A DNA stretch of 33,224 bases, taken from Rhizaria sp. SCN 62-66. Its lineage: Eukaryota. Position 1 is the stretch's first letter, and each line of letters begins with the position of its first letter. A model generated the notes under the pieces. It was not told the DNA's origin, ran no database searches, and saw nothing but the letters and a program-made list of their open reading frames with translations. The stretch is taken from positions 186,001 through 219,224 of the forward strand of contig MEDY01000011.1 of NCBI GenBank assembly GCA_001724265.1, written 5' to 3'. This document shows, piece by piece, positions 12,157-23,056 of this stretch. A program made the translations under genes and the position numbers.

Positions 12157-15100
12157 TTACAGGCCCTGGAACTTCTTGGGCACTCCGCGCGCGCGCCCGG
12201 CCCTGCTGGAGCCGGCGCCCGTGGTAGGCGGCGAGCCCGAGACGGAGGACGAGGTCGACGACGGCGGCGGCGGGCTCGCTGCAACACCGTTGCCGTTGCC
12301 GTTGTGCGGGGCGCGTTGCGAGCGGCTGTAGCTCTGCGGCGTGCCGTGCGCGCGCGCGGCGGACGACGCGGACGCGGCGCCGTTCTTCGGCAGCTCCAGC
12401 CCGTCGCCGTCCTCGTCGTCGTCGTCGTTGTTGTCGCCGTCGCCGTTCCCGTTGGGGCTGTCGGCGTCGTCGACGGCGTCGCCCGCGCTCACCCCCATAC
12501 CGTGGCTGCGCTGGCTGCGGGCCTGGCTGTGCGCACTGCTGCGCGTGTGCGCGTTCGTGTGCGCGCTGGACCCGGAGCCAGAGCGCGAGCGCGAGTGCGC
12601 AATCGCCTGCGGCGCGCGCTGCTGCGCGAGGTCGGCCTCGGCCTCGGCGGCGGCGACCGCCCCCGCGCCGCCCGTGCGCGCGCTGCCGGAGCTGTCGCTG
12701 CGGCCGCGCGCGGCGGGCGGCAGCACGAAGACGCCGTTGCGCGCGTCGCCGTCGCGCTCTGCGTCGGCGGCCAGCAGCATCGGTAGTACGCCCGCCGCAA
12801 CGCTGGCGTCGCTGTAGTTGCCAACGTTCACGTTGGCGGCGTTGGGGTTTGCGGCGAGCAGGGGCGAGCCTTCGTCGCGGCCGCGCTTGAGAGAGGCGCG
12901 GCGCTGACCCAGCCGAGCGCTCCCGGCGGAAGCAGCAGCAGCAGCGGCGTTGCTGTCGGTCGTGACAGCTGTGCCATTGTTGTTGCCGTTGTCGGCGTTG
13001 CTGACGGGGTCGGCGTCGGTCATCGGCATCAACCCCGCGGCGGCAGCGGGGCCCGCGGCGGGCGGCAGCGGCGTGTTCATGTCAGTCATCAGACTGCTGT
13101 TCAAACCCAAGCCGGAACCGCCGCCGGTGGACACGTTCATGTTCATGCTCATGTTGTTGTTGTTGCCGCCGCCACCGTTGCTGCCCGCGTTCGCGCGCGC
13201 GTCGCCGCGGGCGTCGCCGTCGGCGGGCGTCGTTAACGTGGGGGTAATCGCAGCGTTGGCGCCAGAGCTGGCGAAGCCGGCGTGCGCGGACACTGCCGAG
13301 GGCGGCGCGAGCGAGAACGCGGGCAGACCGAGAGACACGGCCGCGGGCGCAGACGCGGGCGCAGCGACGGCCGCGGCCGCCGCGAGAGACGGCGAGCCGA
13401 GCGCGTGCGATTGACCGCGACCGCTGCCGTAGCCGTGGCCGTGGCCGTGGCTGGGACCGTAGCCGTGGGCGAGCGCGTGCGCGCTGTTGCTCGTGGAGCC
13501 GCAGCCCAGCGCGTGGCCCAGCCCGGCCGACACCGCCGCCGTCGCTGCGACCGTCACCAGTGCCGCCGCGGCCGCAGCCGCCGCAGCGCCCGGCGCCGCG
13601 CCGCCGGTCAAATTGGCGCCCACGCTGACCGCGTTGGCGTTGGAGTTGGCGCTGGCGCTCGAGGCGGCCATGGCGGCGTGGATGGCGTCCCGCGCGGTCG
13701 CGCTGAGCGCGCCCATCGCCGCCGTCGCCGCGGCGGCCGCGCGCGCGGTCTCGCTGGCCCACGACTCGCGCACGCTGCTGTTGTTGTCGGGCTTCAGGAG
13801 GGCGCGCGCGAGCGACGCCAACGCGGGCTCGGACTGCGTGACCGAAGGCAGCGCGCGGCGGGCGCCCACGGCGGCCAGCTGCGCCCCCGTCAGCGCGAGC
13901 CACCGCGCCGCGTCGTCACTGGTGCTCGCACTTGCGTTGGTCGGGGAGGCGGTGCCGGGCAGCAGGAGGCGCGGGCGCGTGCAGGCGCCCACGATGTTCA
14001 CTGTCTTGCCCTGGCACACACCGAGACTGTCACCGGCGCCGGGGCCTACACTCGCACTCGCACCGTCGGCAGCACTCGCGCCAGCCTCGCCACCGATGCT
14101 GTTGCTCTGGTGGAGGACGGCGTCGACGTGCGCGTTGCCGAGCGCCGTGGTGATGTCGGCCTCGCCCGCGTGGTAGCACCCGTCGGCGTCGAACCACGGC
14201 AGCAGCGGGCCCGCGGCCAGCGGCGCGTAGGGGTGCGCCAGCCGCTGCGCGAGCAGCCGCGCCAGCCGCACCGACTGCGCGCCCTCGCCACCTCCGCCAC
14301 AAGCAGCAGCAGAAGCAGAAGCAGAGGCAGCATTGCCGTCAGCGGTCATCGCCTGCGCCTGCGCCTGCGCCTGCGCTTGCACTTGTGCTTGTGCACCGCT
14401 CCCGCAGGCGCCGTCGTGGCGGCAGGCGGCACCGTCGGCGTGCAGACGCACCGCGGGTGGCAGCGCGTGCGCGACGGCGGCCGCGGCCTCGGCGGGCGTG
14501 AAGGCAAACGTCAGCGCGCGCGACCGCGCGGCCGACAGCACCAAACCGTCGTGGGCGCGCAGCACCGGGAAGCGGCACGCGGCGCGCGCGCGCACAAAGC
14601 CCGCGGACGCGAGCGCGCGCCGGACGCACGCGCCGCACTTGCCCTCGGCGGCCGCGGCGTTGGCGGTGACGGTGGCCATCGCGGTCGCGGTTGCGGGGCC
14701 GATGCAGCGGGTAAGCGAGAGCACGACGGAGCCTGTGGCGCTGGCCGTGAGCGCCGCGCCGCTGCCGTCGGCGTCCGCGCGCTGCTCGCACGACAACAAC
14801 TGAGACCCAGACTCAGACTTTGACTGTGAGCATGTGCATTGAGCATCAGCATCCTCGTCGTTGTCGTCGTCTTCGGCGTCGTCCTCGCCCATGCGCTTGC
14901 CACCGCTCTTGCTCTTGCCGCCGCCGCTCCCGTTGCTGTTGTTCGCAGCGGGGGCGTTGGTGACAGTGAGCAGCGCGGCGGGCGGCACGATCAGCCGGCC
15001 CAGCGCGCGCAAGCACTCGCCCGCGCCCGCCGCATCCGCGCCCCCGCTGTCACTGTCAGCAGCAACACCGATGTCGCCAGTACCGCAACTCGCGCTGCCG

Positions 15101-18100
15101 CTGTTGCTGTTGCCGTTGTTGCCGCAGCAGAGCGCGGCGGCGAGCGGCGGCCCCGCGAGGTCGAGGTCCGGCACGCGGCAGCACCGCGGCGCCGCGCCCT
15201 CGGCGACGGCGCGCGCGACCTCCTCGTCAGAGCCCAGGCGCTGGCGCAGCGCGCGGTAGAAGGCCGCAAAATGCCGCGCCGGTTCGGCAAGCCCGCAGTC
15301 GACGAGCACGGAGCGCTCGACAAGCCGCATGCGCGTGCCGCGCGGCCACACAGCGGGGTCTTCCTCCCAGTGCGGGTGCGCCTCCGCGCAGCCGTCGATG
15401 CGGCCGCATGGGCACTGCACGTAGCGCCGGTACACGAGGAGCGGCAGCGCGGCGTAAGCGTCGACGAGCCGCTGCAGGTCGCGCGGCCGCACCGCGCCGC
15501 GGGGACGCGATTGGCCCGGCGGCGGCGCCAACAGGGACACGGCCGCCGTCGCAGGGGCGGCGCTCGAGAAGCTGCAGCTCGTTGGGTCGGCAGCGTTTCT
15601 ATCCTTGCTGGCGCTGGCGCTGGCGCTGGCGCTGGAGAGAGCGAGAGCGGCCTTGGAGCTGGAGAGAGAGAGCTCGGTGCCGCTGCTGCCGGGGACCGCG
15701 GCGGCCGCGGCGGCGGCGGCGAGCGCGGCGGCCGACGCCGACGCCGACAGCGGCACGGTCGCGCCGCCGCCGCCGTCGCACTCGCCAAGCGCCTCGCCCG
15801 CGTCGGCGTCGCCGGCCGCGGCGGCGGCGTCGGCGGCCGAGGGCGGCGCGATGCCCAGGCGCACGGCCAGCGCGCGCGGCGACAGCGGCGGCTCGCCGCG
15901 CTGCCCCGCCTGGCGCGCGTTGGCCGCGATCACCGACGCCTTGGCCGCGCCGAAGAGCCGGCGCCGCTTGTGGTGGCGGCCCGCCAGCCCCGGCAGCAGC
16001 GCCGCGGGCGGGCCCATGCTCCCAGCGCCCGAGCTCGCGATCGCGCTCGCAGTGGTGGTCGCGGCTGGGGGACTGAAGGGCGGCGCGGGCGCGGACGCGG
16101 GCGCCAGCGCCAGGGCCGGCGGCAGCGATCCCGCTCCCGCACTGTTGTTGTTGTTGCTGTTGCTGTTTTGCGCCGCGAGCATCGGACTCGCTGCCGGCGT
16201 GCCCGCGACCGACGACCCGCCGGACACGTTAGCGGTGCCGGCATTTGCGCTGTTCGAGGCGTTCGCGGCGTTGGCCAGCGCGCGGGCGACGGCGGGCGCG
16301 CGGCGCGGGTCGTAGGCCGATGCGGGCAGCGCGGCCGCCGTCGAGGCGCGGCTTAACTTGTGTGATCCACGCGGCACGAGCAGCGGCGTGAGCAGGCGTA
16401 GCGGCAGCAGGTCCCAGAGAGCGAACACCGGCGCGGCGGGGCGCGCGCAGGCCGCCAGCGCGGCGAAGCCCAGGCCCGCAACGCTCTGCTGCTGCGCGGC
16501 ACTGCCACTGCCGCTGCCGCTGCTGCTGCTGCTGCTGCTGCTGCCAGCGGCGACTGGCGCGCTCTCGGCATTGACGCTGACGAGGCCGCTGCTGGCGTCG
16601 CCGCTGGCAGCGGAGAGCGCGGCGGCGGCGGCGGCAAGCGTCTTGCGCTGCGCGTGGGCGACGTCTAGCGCGCCCGCGGCGGCGGCGAGCGAGTCGGCGG
16701 CCAGCGCGGCGAGCTTAGCGCGGCCGGCGGCAGACAGCCCCGCGCCGTAGGCCGTCTGCACCGTGGCGGACAGCGCGCCGGCGCGGGCGGGCCAGGTGGA
16801 GGGGCGGAACTCGGCCAGCGAGGCCGCCACCTGCGACGACACGACCGGCGCGGCCTGGGGGGCAAAGGACTGGGACGAGAAGGGCTGGGATGCAAAGGAC
16901 GAGGAGAGCTGGGCGGCGGCGGCGCGGGGCGCGAAGGCGGGGATGCCTCCCGGCAGCGGCAGCGGCAGTGGCAGCGGGAGCGGCACCGAGGTCGACTCGG
17001 GCCCCACGGCCATCGCGGCGGCGCTGCTAGGGTCGCTGTTGTTCAGGTTGGCGTTGCTGGGGAGAGAGCTGGTGCTTATCGAGGTGAGCACGCTCGGCTG
17101 CAGCATCTGCCCCTGCTGTTGCTGCTGCTGCTGCTGCTGAATCTGCTGCTGTTGCTGGGCATCGCCCGCGCCCGTGCCCGCGGCCGCAGGAGCGGAGGCG
17201 GAAGACGAGGCTGAGGGCGAGAGCAGAGAGTGGCTGGCCGGCGGCGGCGACTGCGGTTGTGGCTGCGGTCCCAGCGCCCCCGAAGCGGGCTCAGGGGTCG
17301 GGGCCGCCGCGGTGGGCTTGCAAGTCGGAGCATTCGCACCCGCGGCGCTGCCCGCAGCGGCTTCGGCGTGCGGCAGAGAGAGGGCTGGCACCGCAGCCGA
17401 GGACAGCGACGACGACGACGACTGCTGCTGCTGCTGTTGCTGTTGCTGTTGTTGCGGGGTAATGTTGCTAGCGAGACTGAAGACGGAGGCCAGCCGCGGC
17501 GAGCCCTGCAGCCGCCTCTGCTGCTGCTGGGTCACCCCCGCGGAGCCCATGCCCGCACTCGCGCTGGCGCTGGTACTGGCGCTGGCGCTGGCGGCGGTGA
17601 GCCGCGGCGACCCGTGCCCATGCGCAAGCCCCAAGCCGTGGCCTTGGCCGAGGGCGAGGCTGTGCGACAGCGGCGCGGGGAGCTGCTGCTGCGGCGGCGG
17701 CGGCAGCGTGGGGACGAAGAGCGAGAGCGCGGGGAACGAGGCGTCGACCTGCTGGGGCGCCCACCGCCATAACAGCGCCAAAGCGGCGCGCGAGAAGAGC
17801 GCGCTGCCGGCGCAGTCCTCGCACACCAGCAGCGGGGACACAATGCCGCCGCCGCCGCCGAGGGAGGAGCCGTCGGCTGCGGCCCCGTCCGCGCCCGCAG
17901 CGCCGCCGCCGCCGCCGGCCGGCTGCGACAGCGTGGCCGCGGTCGAGCCGGCACCAACAGTGCCTGGGAACGGGTTGCTGCTGTTGCTGTTGCTGTTGCC
18001 GCCGCCGCTGCTGCCGGAAGGGTCGTCGGAGCACGCGTCCGCAAAGGCGTCGACGCGGTGCCGCGCCGCGATGTCAGTGGCCTGTAGGCACACTGCGCAG

Positions 18101-19086
18101 CGCACCAACACCGTCACGGCGGCGGCGGCGGGAATGAGAGCGCCGGCGCTGGCGCCGTCCGCGGTCGTCAGCGCCGTCCCAGTCGCGGACGACGGCGGGA
18201 GCGGCGGGATCGCAAAGCCGGGGCCGGGCGCGGGTGTGGGGGCGAAGCCGGGGGACGCGCGGCGAGATTGCGACTGAGACTGAGACTGAGACTGGGGACC
18301 GGTCCCGCCAGCGGTGGCGGCAGAGGACGACGACGAGGAAGACGAGGGGGAGAGGAATGCGGAGCCGGTGCCGCTGGGCGTGGTGTAGCGCAGACTGATC
18401 GCGGTGGCGGATCCCGGGAATGCTGCCGCCGCTGACGACGACGACGACGACGACGAGGACAAGGCTGACGACGAGGACGAGGACGTTGGAGAGAGTGCAG
18501 ACAGCACAGAAGCGCCAGCATTCGCGGCGGGGCCAAACTGCGGCGTAGTGCGCGCGCTGGGCGTGCCGCTGGCGGCCGGAGCCACGTTTATGATGCCGGT
18601 GGCACCGGCGGGCGAGGCGAGCGGGGCGCGAACGAGGCGTGGACGGGCAGTGAGCTCCAAAGCAACCCACCAGCGCTTGGCGCGGCGGAGCTCGAAGGGC
18701 GTGAGCGTGCGCGCGGGACCGTAGGCCGCGCGCAGAGACTGCGGGAGGTCGTCGAAGTAGGAGCGAAGGACGTCGGAACGCATCGCGGAGCACGTGCGTT
18801 CGAGGCGGGCGCGGGCGTTAGCTTCGAGAAAAGACGCGATCAACACACGAACATGCTCGGGAAGCGCCATGAATGGGCGTGCACCGGGGCAGGGCGCGGC
18901 AGGGACGAGGGCCTGCATGTCGGAGGACTCGGAGACGGAGGCGCAGGCTGAGACAGAAGCGGGGAGCGGCAGGGCGGGCGTCGGCGCGGCGGCGCGTGTG
19001 TGTGGGTCCCGGCCAGGAGAGGCAGAGGGGGCGGGCGCCGATAGACCCGTTCCCGCGAGCTGTTGCGGGAGAGACTGGCGATTCAT
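12157..19086 (-). CDS. 2309-aa low-complexity protein with N-terminal F-box-like motif and scattered Cys clusters
   Basis: Uninterrupted ATG-to-TAA ORF with coding-like GC bias. LPEHVRVLIASFLEANARARLERTCSAMR (~18778-18864) fits the F-box consensus. Also contains CAVC...CEDC, CPCGRIDGC, the basic RHHKRRR segment and poly-Q/S/A tracts. Confidence 0.82.
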   Translation of the reverse strand: MNRQSLPQQLAGTGLSAPAPSASPGRDPHTRAAAPTPALPLPASVSACASVSESSDMQALVPAAPCPGARPFMALPEHVRVLIASFLEANARARLERTCSAMRSDVLRSYFDDLPQSLRAAYGPARTLTPFELRRAKRWWVALELTARPRLVRAPLASPAGATGIINVAPAASGTPSARTTPQFGPAANAGASVLSALSPTSSSSSSALSSSSSSSSSAAAAFPGSATAISLRYTTPSGTGSAFLSPSSSSSSSSAATAGGTGPQSQSQSQSQSRRASPGFAPTPAPGPGFAIPPLPPSSATGTALTTADGASAGALIPAAAAVTVLVRCAVCLQATDIAARHRVDAFADACSDDPSGSSGGGNSNSNSSNPFPGTVGAGSTAATLSQPAGGGGGAAGADGAAADGSSLGGGGGIVSPLLVCEDCAGSALFSRAALALLWRWAPQQVDASFPALSLFVPTLPPPPQQQLPAPLSHSLALGQGHGLGLAHGHGSPRLTAASASASTSASASAGMGSAGVTQQQQRRLQGSPRLASVFSLASNITPQQQQQQQQQQQSSSSSLSSAAVPALSLPHAEAAAGSAAGANAPTCKPTAAAPTPEPASGALGPQPQPQSPPPASHSLLSPSASSSASAPAAAGTGAGDAQQQQQIQQQQQQQQQGQMLQPSVLTSISTSSLPSNANLNNSDPSSAAAMAVGPESTSVPLPLPLPLPLPGGIPAFAPRAAAAQLSSSFASQPFSSQSFAPQAAPVVSSQVAASLAEFRPSTWPARAGALSATVQTAYGAGLSAAGRAKLAALAADSLAAAAGALDVAHAQRKTLAAAAAALSAASGDASSGLVSVNAESAPVAAGSSSSSSSSGSGSGSAAQQQSVAGLGFAALAACARPAAPVFALWDLLPLRLLTPLLVPRGSHKLSRASTAAALPASAYDPRRAPAVARALANAANASNSANAGTANVSGGSSVAGTPAASPMLAAQNSNSNNNNSAGAGSLPPALALAPASAPAPPFSPPAATTTASAIASSGAGSMGPPAALLPGLAGRHHKRRRLFGAAKASVIAANARQAGQRGEPPLSPRALAVRLGIAPPSAADAAAAAGDADAGEALGECDGGGGATVPLSASASAAALAAAAAAAAVPGSSGTELSLSSSKAALALSSASASASASKDRNAADPTSCSFSSAAPATAAVSLLAPPPGQSRPRGAVRPRDLQRLVDAYAALPLLVYRRYVQCPCGRIDGCAEAHPHWEEDPAVWPRGTRMRLVERSVLVDCGLAEPARHFAAFYRALRQRLGSDEEVARAVAEGAAPRCCRVPDLDLAGPPLAAALCCGNNGNSNSGSASCGTGDIGVAADSDSGGADAAGAGECLRALGRLIVPPAALLTVTNAPAANNSNGSGGGKSKSGGKRMGEDDAEDDDNDEDADAQCTCSQSKSESGSQLLSCEQRADADGSGAALTASATGSVVLSLTRCIGPATATAMATVTANAAAAEGKCGACVRRALASAGFVRARAACRFPVLRAHDGLVLSAARSRALTFAFTPAEAAAAVAHALPPAVRLHADGAACRHDGACGSGAQAQVQAQAQAQAQAMTADGNAASASASAAACGGGGEGAQSVRLARLLAQRLAHPYAPLAAGPLLPWFDADGCYHAGEADITTALGNAHVDAVLHQSNSIGGEAGASAADGASASVGPGAGDSLGVCQGKTVNIVGACTRPRLLLPGTASPTNASASTSDDAARWLALTGAQLAAVGARRALPSVTQSEPALASLARALLKPDNNSSVRESWASETARAAAAATAAMGALSATARDAIHAAMAASSASANSNANAVSVGANLTGGAAPGAAAAAAAAALVTVAATAAVSAGLGHALGCGSTSNSAHALAHGYGPSHGHGHGYGSGRGQSHALGSPSLAAAAAVAAPASAPAAVSLGLPAFSLAPPSAVSAHAGFASSGANAAITPTLTTPADGDARGDARANAGSNGGGGNNNNMSMNMNVSTGGGSGLGLNSSLMTDMNTPLPPAAGPAAAAGLMPMTDADPVSNADNGNNNGTAVTTDSNAAAAAASAGSARLGQRRASLKRGRDEGSPLLAANPNAANVNVGNYSDASVAAGVLPMLLAADAERDGDARNGVFVLPPAARGRSDSSGSARTGGAGAVAAAEAEADLAQQRAPQAIAHSRSRSGSGSSAHTNAHTRSSAHSQARSQRSHGMGVSAGDAVDDADSPNGNGDGDNNDDDDEDGDGLELPKNGAASASSAARAHGTPQSYSRSQRAPHNGNGNGVAASPPPPSSTSSSVSGSPPTTGAGSSRAGRARGVPKKFQGL

Positions 19087-19116
19087 AACAGAAAAGCAGG
19101 GGGCAGCCGTAAAAAT

Positions 19117-19195
19117 CTGTTGGAAAAGGCGAGAGAGAGCTAGAAACGCTGTTTTAAGTGGTCGATTTGCAGGGGAGCAATAGAGGTGAGCTTAC
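19117..19195 (-). other. Probable 5'-UTR intron of the large F-box-like gene
   Basis: GTAAGC donor at 19195, then a pyrimidine tract and ccaacag acceptor ending at 19117, 30 nt before the ATG. The upstream exon has an in-frame TAA and no intervening in-frame ATG. Confidence 0.6.
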
Positions 19196-20858
19196 GTCAG
19201 TGGTGAGGAGCAAGATGGAGACTTTGAGGATATAGATGAAGATGATTTGACAAGACAATAAGATGAGCCATTACAAAAACACAAGACACAGTCGGAAAAA
19301 TAGCCGAATGCACTTGATGTGTCCGATTTACACTCGATAAGAACGATGCTTTTGAACGTCTTCTGAGCCTCTGATCCAACCACAAATCGTTTTCGTGCAT
19401 GCTTGGTCACCCGGATCAGAAATCACACATTTCAAAGTGCTTTATCGGTTCATCTGGGCTCATTTGGAATAAAATTGCGGGTTTTGCATAAGACGCTATA
19501 TGATACTGTATGAACTTTGAGGGCATGCAAATTGGCTACGATCATTCGTGTGTATTTCTGGTCTGCTGTGCTGAAGGAGCGAATCTGCGATCGGATCTCA
19601 ACACCGATATGCAAGTGATCGTCGTGTTCCTGCAACAGGATCTCGGTGTGAATAGGTTTTTATTGAGAGTTAGAAGTCATACATTGATTAATGCGTCTTG
19701 TTAAAATGTTCTATGTGGTTGTTTCTCGTACTTCAATTTGACCATGAACGGTTTGGGCACAGAATAATTGGGTTTTGGGTTTTATTATGATTCTAACATC
19801 GTCATACAGTCTCGATTATATAAGTATTATAAATGTTCTGACAATCTTCATTCATATGTTTCTTGGGTTATTGTTGTTTCTTGACTATTGGTTGCTATTT
19901 TGCGCCAGCACTAACCTTACCTCATCATCAACACACACAAACAAGGTTTGCGGGCTCATGGGGCTTCAGCTTGACTTGACTCCACTCTTCGTAGCTGGGC
20001 TAAAAATGTAACGCAGGACAGTTCTGTGCAGCCATCCATACGCAATGCGCATTGCCGTGTGTCAGATTGGGCTCAGGGTTCACCTCGAGAGCCACACATC
20101 TAACACAGTCGCAATCAAACGCAAATACACACACAACCACACAGACTATCGCGTGTTACAAGCTAGCGCTCGCGCAAATCGCTTGCGCTCACACTTACAC
20201 GGTCACACACTCTACACTAGCTAATCTCACTCTTACTCACTAACAAACAAAAGAAAACACTGCACATTTGTACACACACAAGACACAAAGTACACAACTG
20301 TAAAAAACGCGACTTCAATAACAAAAAACAAAAATAAAGAGCAAGCAGAGCAAGTACAATACGATCTCGCGATTGCTCAAGTAGAAGATAGGTAAGGTAA
20401 GATTACCATATCTGCATCTGAGCCAGCGCAGCTATTACAGCGCGCAAAGCCAGAGTTGCTAAAGTTGTCGTTGTGTTGCTGGTGTGTGACGTGTGTGCCG
20501 TCACTGTGTGTGTGTTTGTTGTGTTAATGTTAGTTTGTTGGTTGTTTTCCACCTCATTCTCCTCTCCATCATCAATATACCTTTCTCCGCACGCGTTTGA
20601 CACTAGCACTCGCACTCACGTTCTGAGATGAGTGGATGAGCGATCGGGGCGCGCACGTGCAGATGATACATAGCGTTGACTGTTTGACCGACTCACATGC
20701 CTGACTTCACCGGCTACGATATTGTCTTTGCCGACAAAGAGATGAGACGAGATGATAATGTTGTCTCGGACAGATCGATGTCCGATGACACACCTTTGCA
20801 CCGCCGCTGTCGCGCTTACTTGGCTTATTTGGATAGTTCGCGCTGCTTGCGTGCGTGC

Positions 20859-21839
20859 TTACTTCTTGGCGGGGGCGATCTTCTTCTCCTGCGGCTTGAG
20901 GACCTGGAACGAGCACATGAGCGACTCGTCGATGCTCATCATGGCGCCTGCGTTGTCGTACTCGTCGCAGTAGTTGGGCGCCGAGAAGATCGTCACCAGG
21001 CGGCGCTTGGCGAAGAAGTCGTAGCCGTCCTGCACGACCTGGTGTGCGCGACAGACCAGGTCCAGGTCGTGCTTCTTGAGAAAGCGAGCCACGACGTCGC
21101 CGCCGAAGGTGTAAGACACGCCGCGGTCGTTCTCACCCCAGGACAAGATGTCGCGGTCGGGATCGGACCAGAGCAGGTCGCACATGATGCCCGTGTCGGG
21201 CACATCGGCGGGACGCATGATGCGGCGGATCTGCTCCATCGAGTGGTGTTCGGGGGAGAGACCGCCGTGGACGCAAAAGATCTTCTCGTCAACGACGGCG
21301 GCGACGGGGAGGCAGTTAAAGCAGTCGGTGAACATCTTCCACACCTTGACGTTGTAGCGGCGACGGCACTCGTCGTGGAATCCGTAGATGCGGTTGATGT
21401 TCGCGCACTCGTGGTTGCCACGCAGGAGGAAAAAGTTCTCGGGGTACTTGATCTTGTAAGCGAGCAGGAGGCAGATGGTCTCAAGCGACTGCTTTCCACG
21501 GTCAACGTAGTCGCCCAGGAAGAGGTAGTTGGCGTCGGGCGGGAAGCCGCCGTACTCAAACAGACGCAGGAGGTCGTAGTACTGGCCGTGGATGTCGCCG
21601 ACGATCTTGATCGGGGCCTCGAGCTCGAGCAGCATGGGCTGGGAGAGGAAGATCTCGCGCGAGCGCAAGCAGAGGTTGCGCAGCTCCGTCTCTGTCAGGG
21701 CTACCTGCTTGCCGGGACGCTTGCCGCGGACCGACAAAAGGTTCTCGATGATAGTATCGACGTTGAAGTTGTCGGCGCGCGCGCCGGTGCCGGTGGCGCT
21801 GAAGTTCGGACCAGTCTGGCCAGCGGGAAACTGAGCCAT
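20859..21839 (-). CDS. PP1: Serine/threonine protein phosphatase 1 catalytic subunit, ~326 aa, intronless CDS
   Basis: PPP motifs GDIHG, GDYVDRG, LRGNHE, RAHQ and SAPNY. PP1-specific sequences [22 protein letters not shown] and [16 protein letters not shown] at 21839-21837; TAA stop. Confidence 0.97.
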   Translation of the reverse strand: MAQFPAGQTGPNFSATGTGARADNFNVDTIIENLLSVRGKRPGKQVALTETELRNLCLRSREIFLSQPMLLELEAPIKIVGDIHGQYYDLLRLFEYGGFPPDANYLFLGDYVDRGKQSLETICLLLAYKIKYPENFFLLRGNHECANINRIYGFHDECRRRYNVKVWKMFTDCFNCLPVAAVVDEKIFCVHGGLSPEHHSMEQIRRIMRPADVPDTGIMCDLLWSDPDRDILSWGENDRGVSYTFGGDVVARFLKKHDLDLVCRAHQVVQDGYDFFAKRRLVTIFSAPNYCDEYDNAGAMMSIDESLMCSFQVLKPQEKKIAPAKK

Positions 21840-21854
21840 CACAGTCGCGATGTT

Positions 21855-21995
21855 CTAGGGAGTGTACAAGTCGGGGGCAGAGGAACGAAAGTGGGCGTGG
21901 AAGGAGGCAAAGCAAACATCCGAAGAAAATGATTGTTGTGAGAAATAAAAAAAGACGAGACGCGAATAAATACAAGGGAGATATTGGAAGCATAC
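21855..21995 (-). other. Probable intron just upstream of the PP1 ATG (donor uncertain: 21995 GTATGC or 22035 GTACCT)
   Basis: Long pyrimidine-rich tract ending in ccctag 15 nt before the ATG, with two candidate GT donors. Confidence 0.55.
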
Positions 21996-23056
21996 AGTGG
22001 AGACGTCCTAAAAAACACGACTGATTCCAAGGTACTTCGTCATTCGAGAACAGAGGACGTGATTCAATTAAGCCAACGTTTGCGTCGCGAGAAGAGTAGA
22101 GTAGCAAAAAAGCGGCAGAATAAGAGCAATTGGCTCGCGATCTACAAGAAAGCGGTCGGTATGGCTTGTGTAGGCCGGTGGGCGCGGCGCACGGGCGCGA
22201 CGAGCGTTGTGGAGTGATGCCGTCAGTTAGAGGAGAGAGCCGCGCTCCCCGCGTCAGGCGCTCTGAGCGCCCGCACGGGCCACAGTACACCGGCCACGGG
22301 GGCGCGCTCCACCACCGAGTGGACGCGCCACCGCAGGCAAGCGCCCCGGGGCCTGAGACAGTCGTGAGCGCGCGCGCGGGGGCTCGCAAAGCGCTCTGAC
22401 GGGGTCTGCGAGGGGGAAGTGAGAGAGCGAAAGACTCGGCACATACGACAGCATCTTGCGGCCCACAGCCGCGTCCTCAGCCGCAAGGCCAAAAAGAAAA
22501 ACATCACCAAAAGGCCTCTCCTACAACATATTACCACCCTGGCACTTATTCACCCAATACAACTCTCGAAAAGTCACTTTTTGTGTTCGCATTGGACCTG
22601 CTTCATTTTCAAATCACTCTCGGCTGTGTCCGTTCTGACCAAAGTGGTGGACCGAAAAAGGGGTCTGCCATTTCGGCACAACAAGAGACTGTGGGCCAAG
22701 TTGGGGGTCGCAGACGGGACGATAGCATTTTGAAATGGGACGTCTGGATCTGTGAGGAGCGGATAATGTCAATTGTTACATTTAGAATGCATGTTTATCT
22801 ATCATGTCTAGCTTTTACAGTCTCTCGTTGTCTCGTCTTGCCCCGCGTCAGGTGTCCCGACTGCAACGCCACTAACACCCTGCTTTAGCATCTTGGCTGC
22901 TCGTTGCTTTGCCATCCATTGCCAGCATGAGACTTTATTTGCACCCAATCGTTCATGATTTGCTATGTTTTTTGATGCTTTGGCTTTATATTAACATCCC
23001 TCACACTTCTTTTTCTCAAATACCTGCTGTACACGGCACTTGCGCCTGATTTAGAG

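Noticed and set aside
20614-20625. Minus-strand cag-AAC-gtgagt resembling a 3-nt micro-exon downstream of PP1
   Set aside because: PP1 already ends with a typical basic tail, and no coherent downstream exon chain was found.
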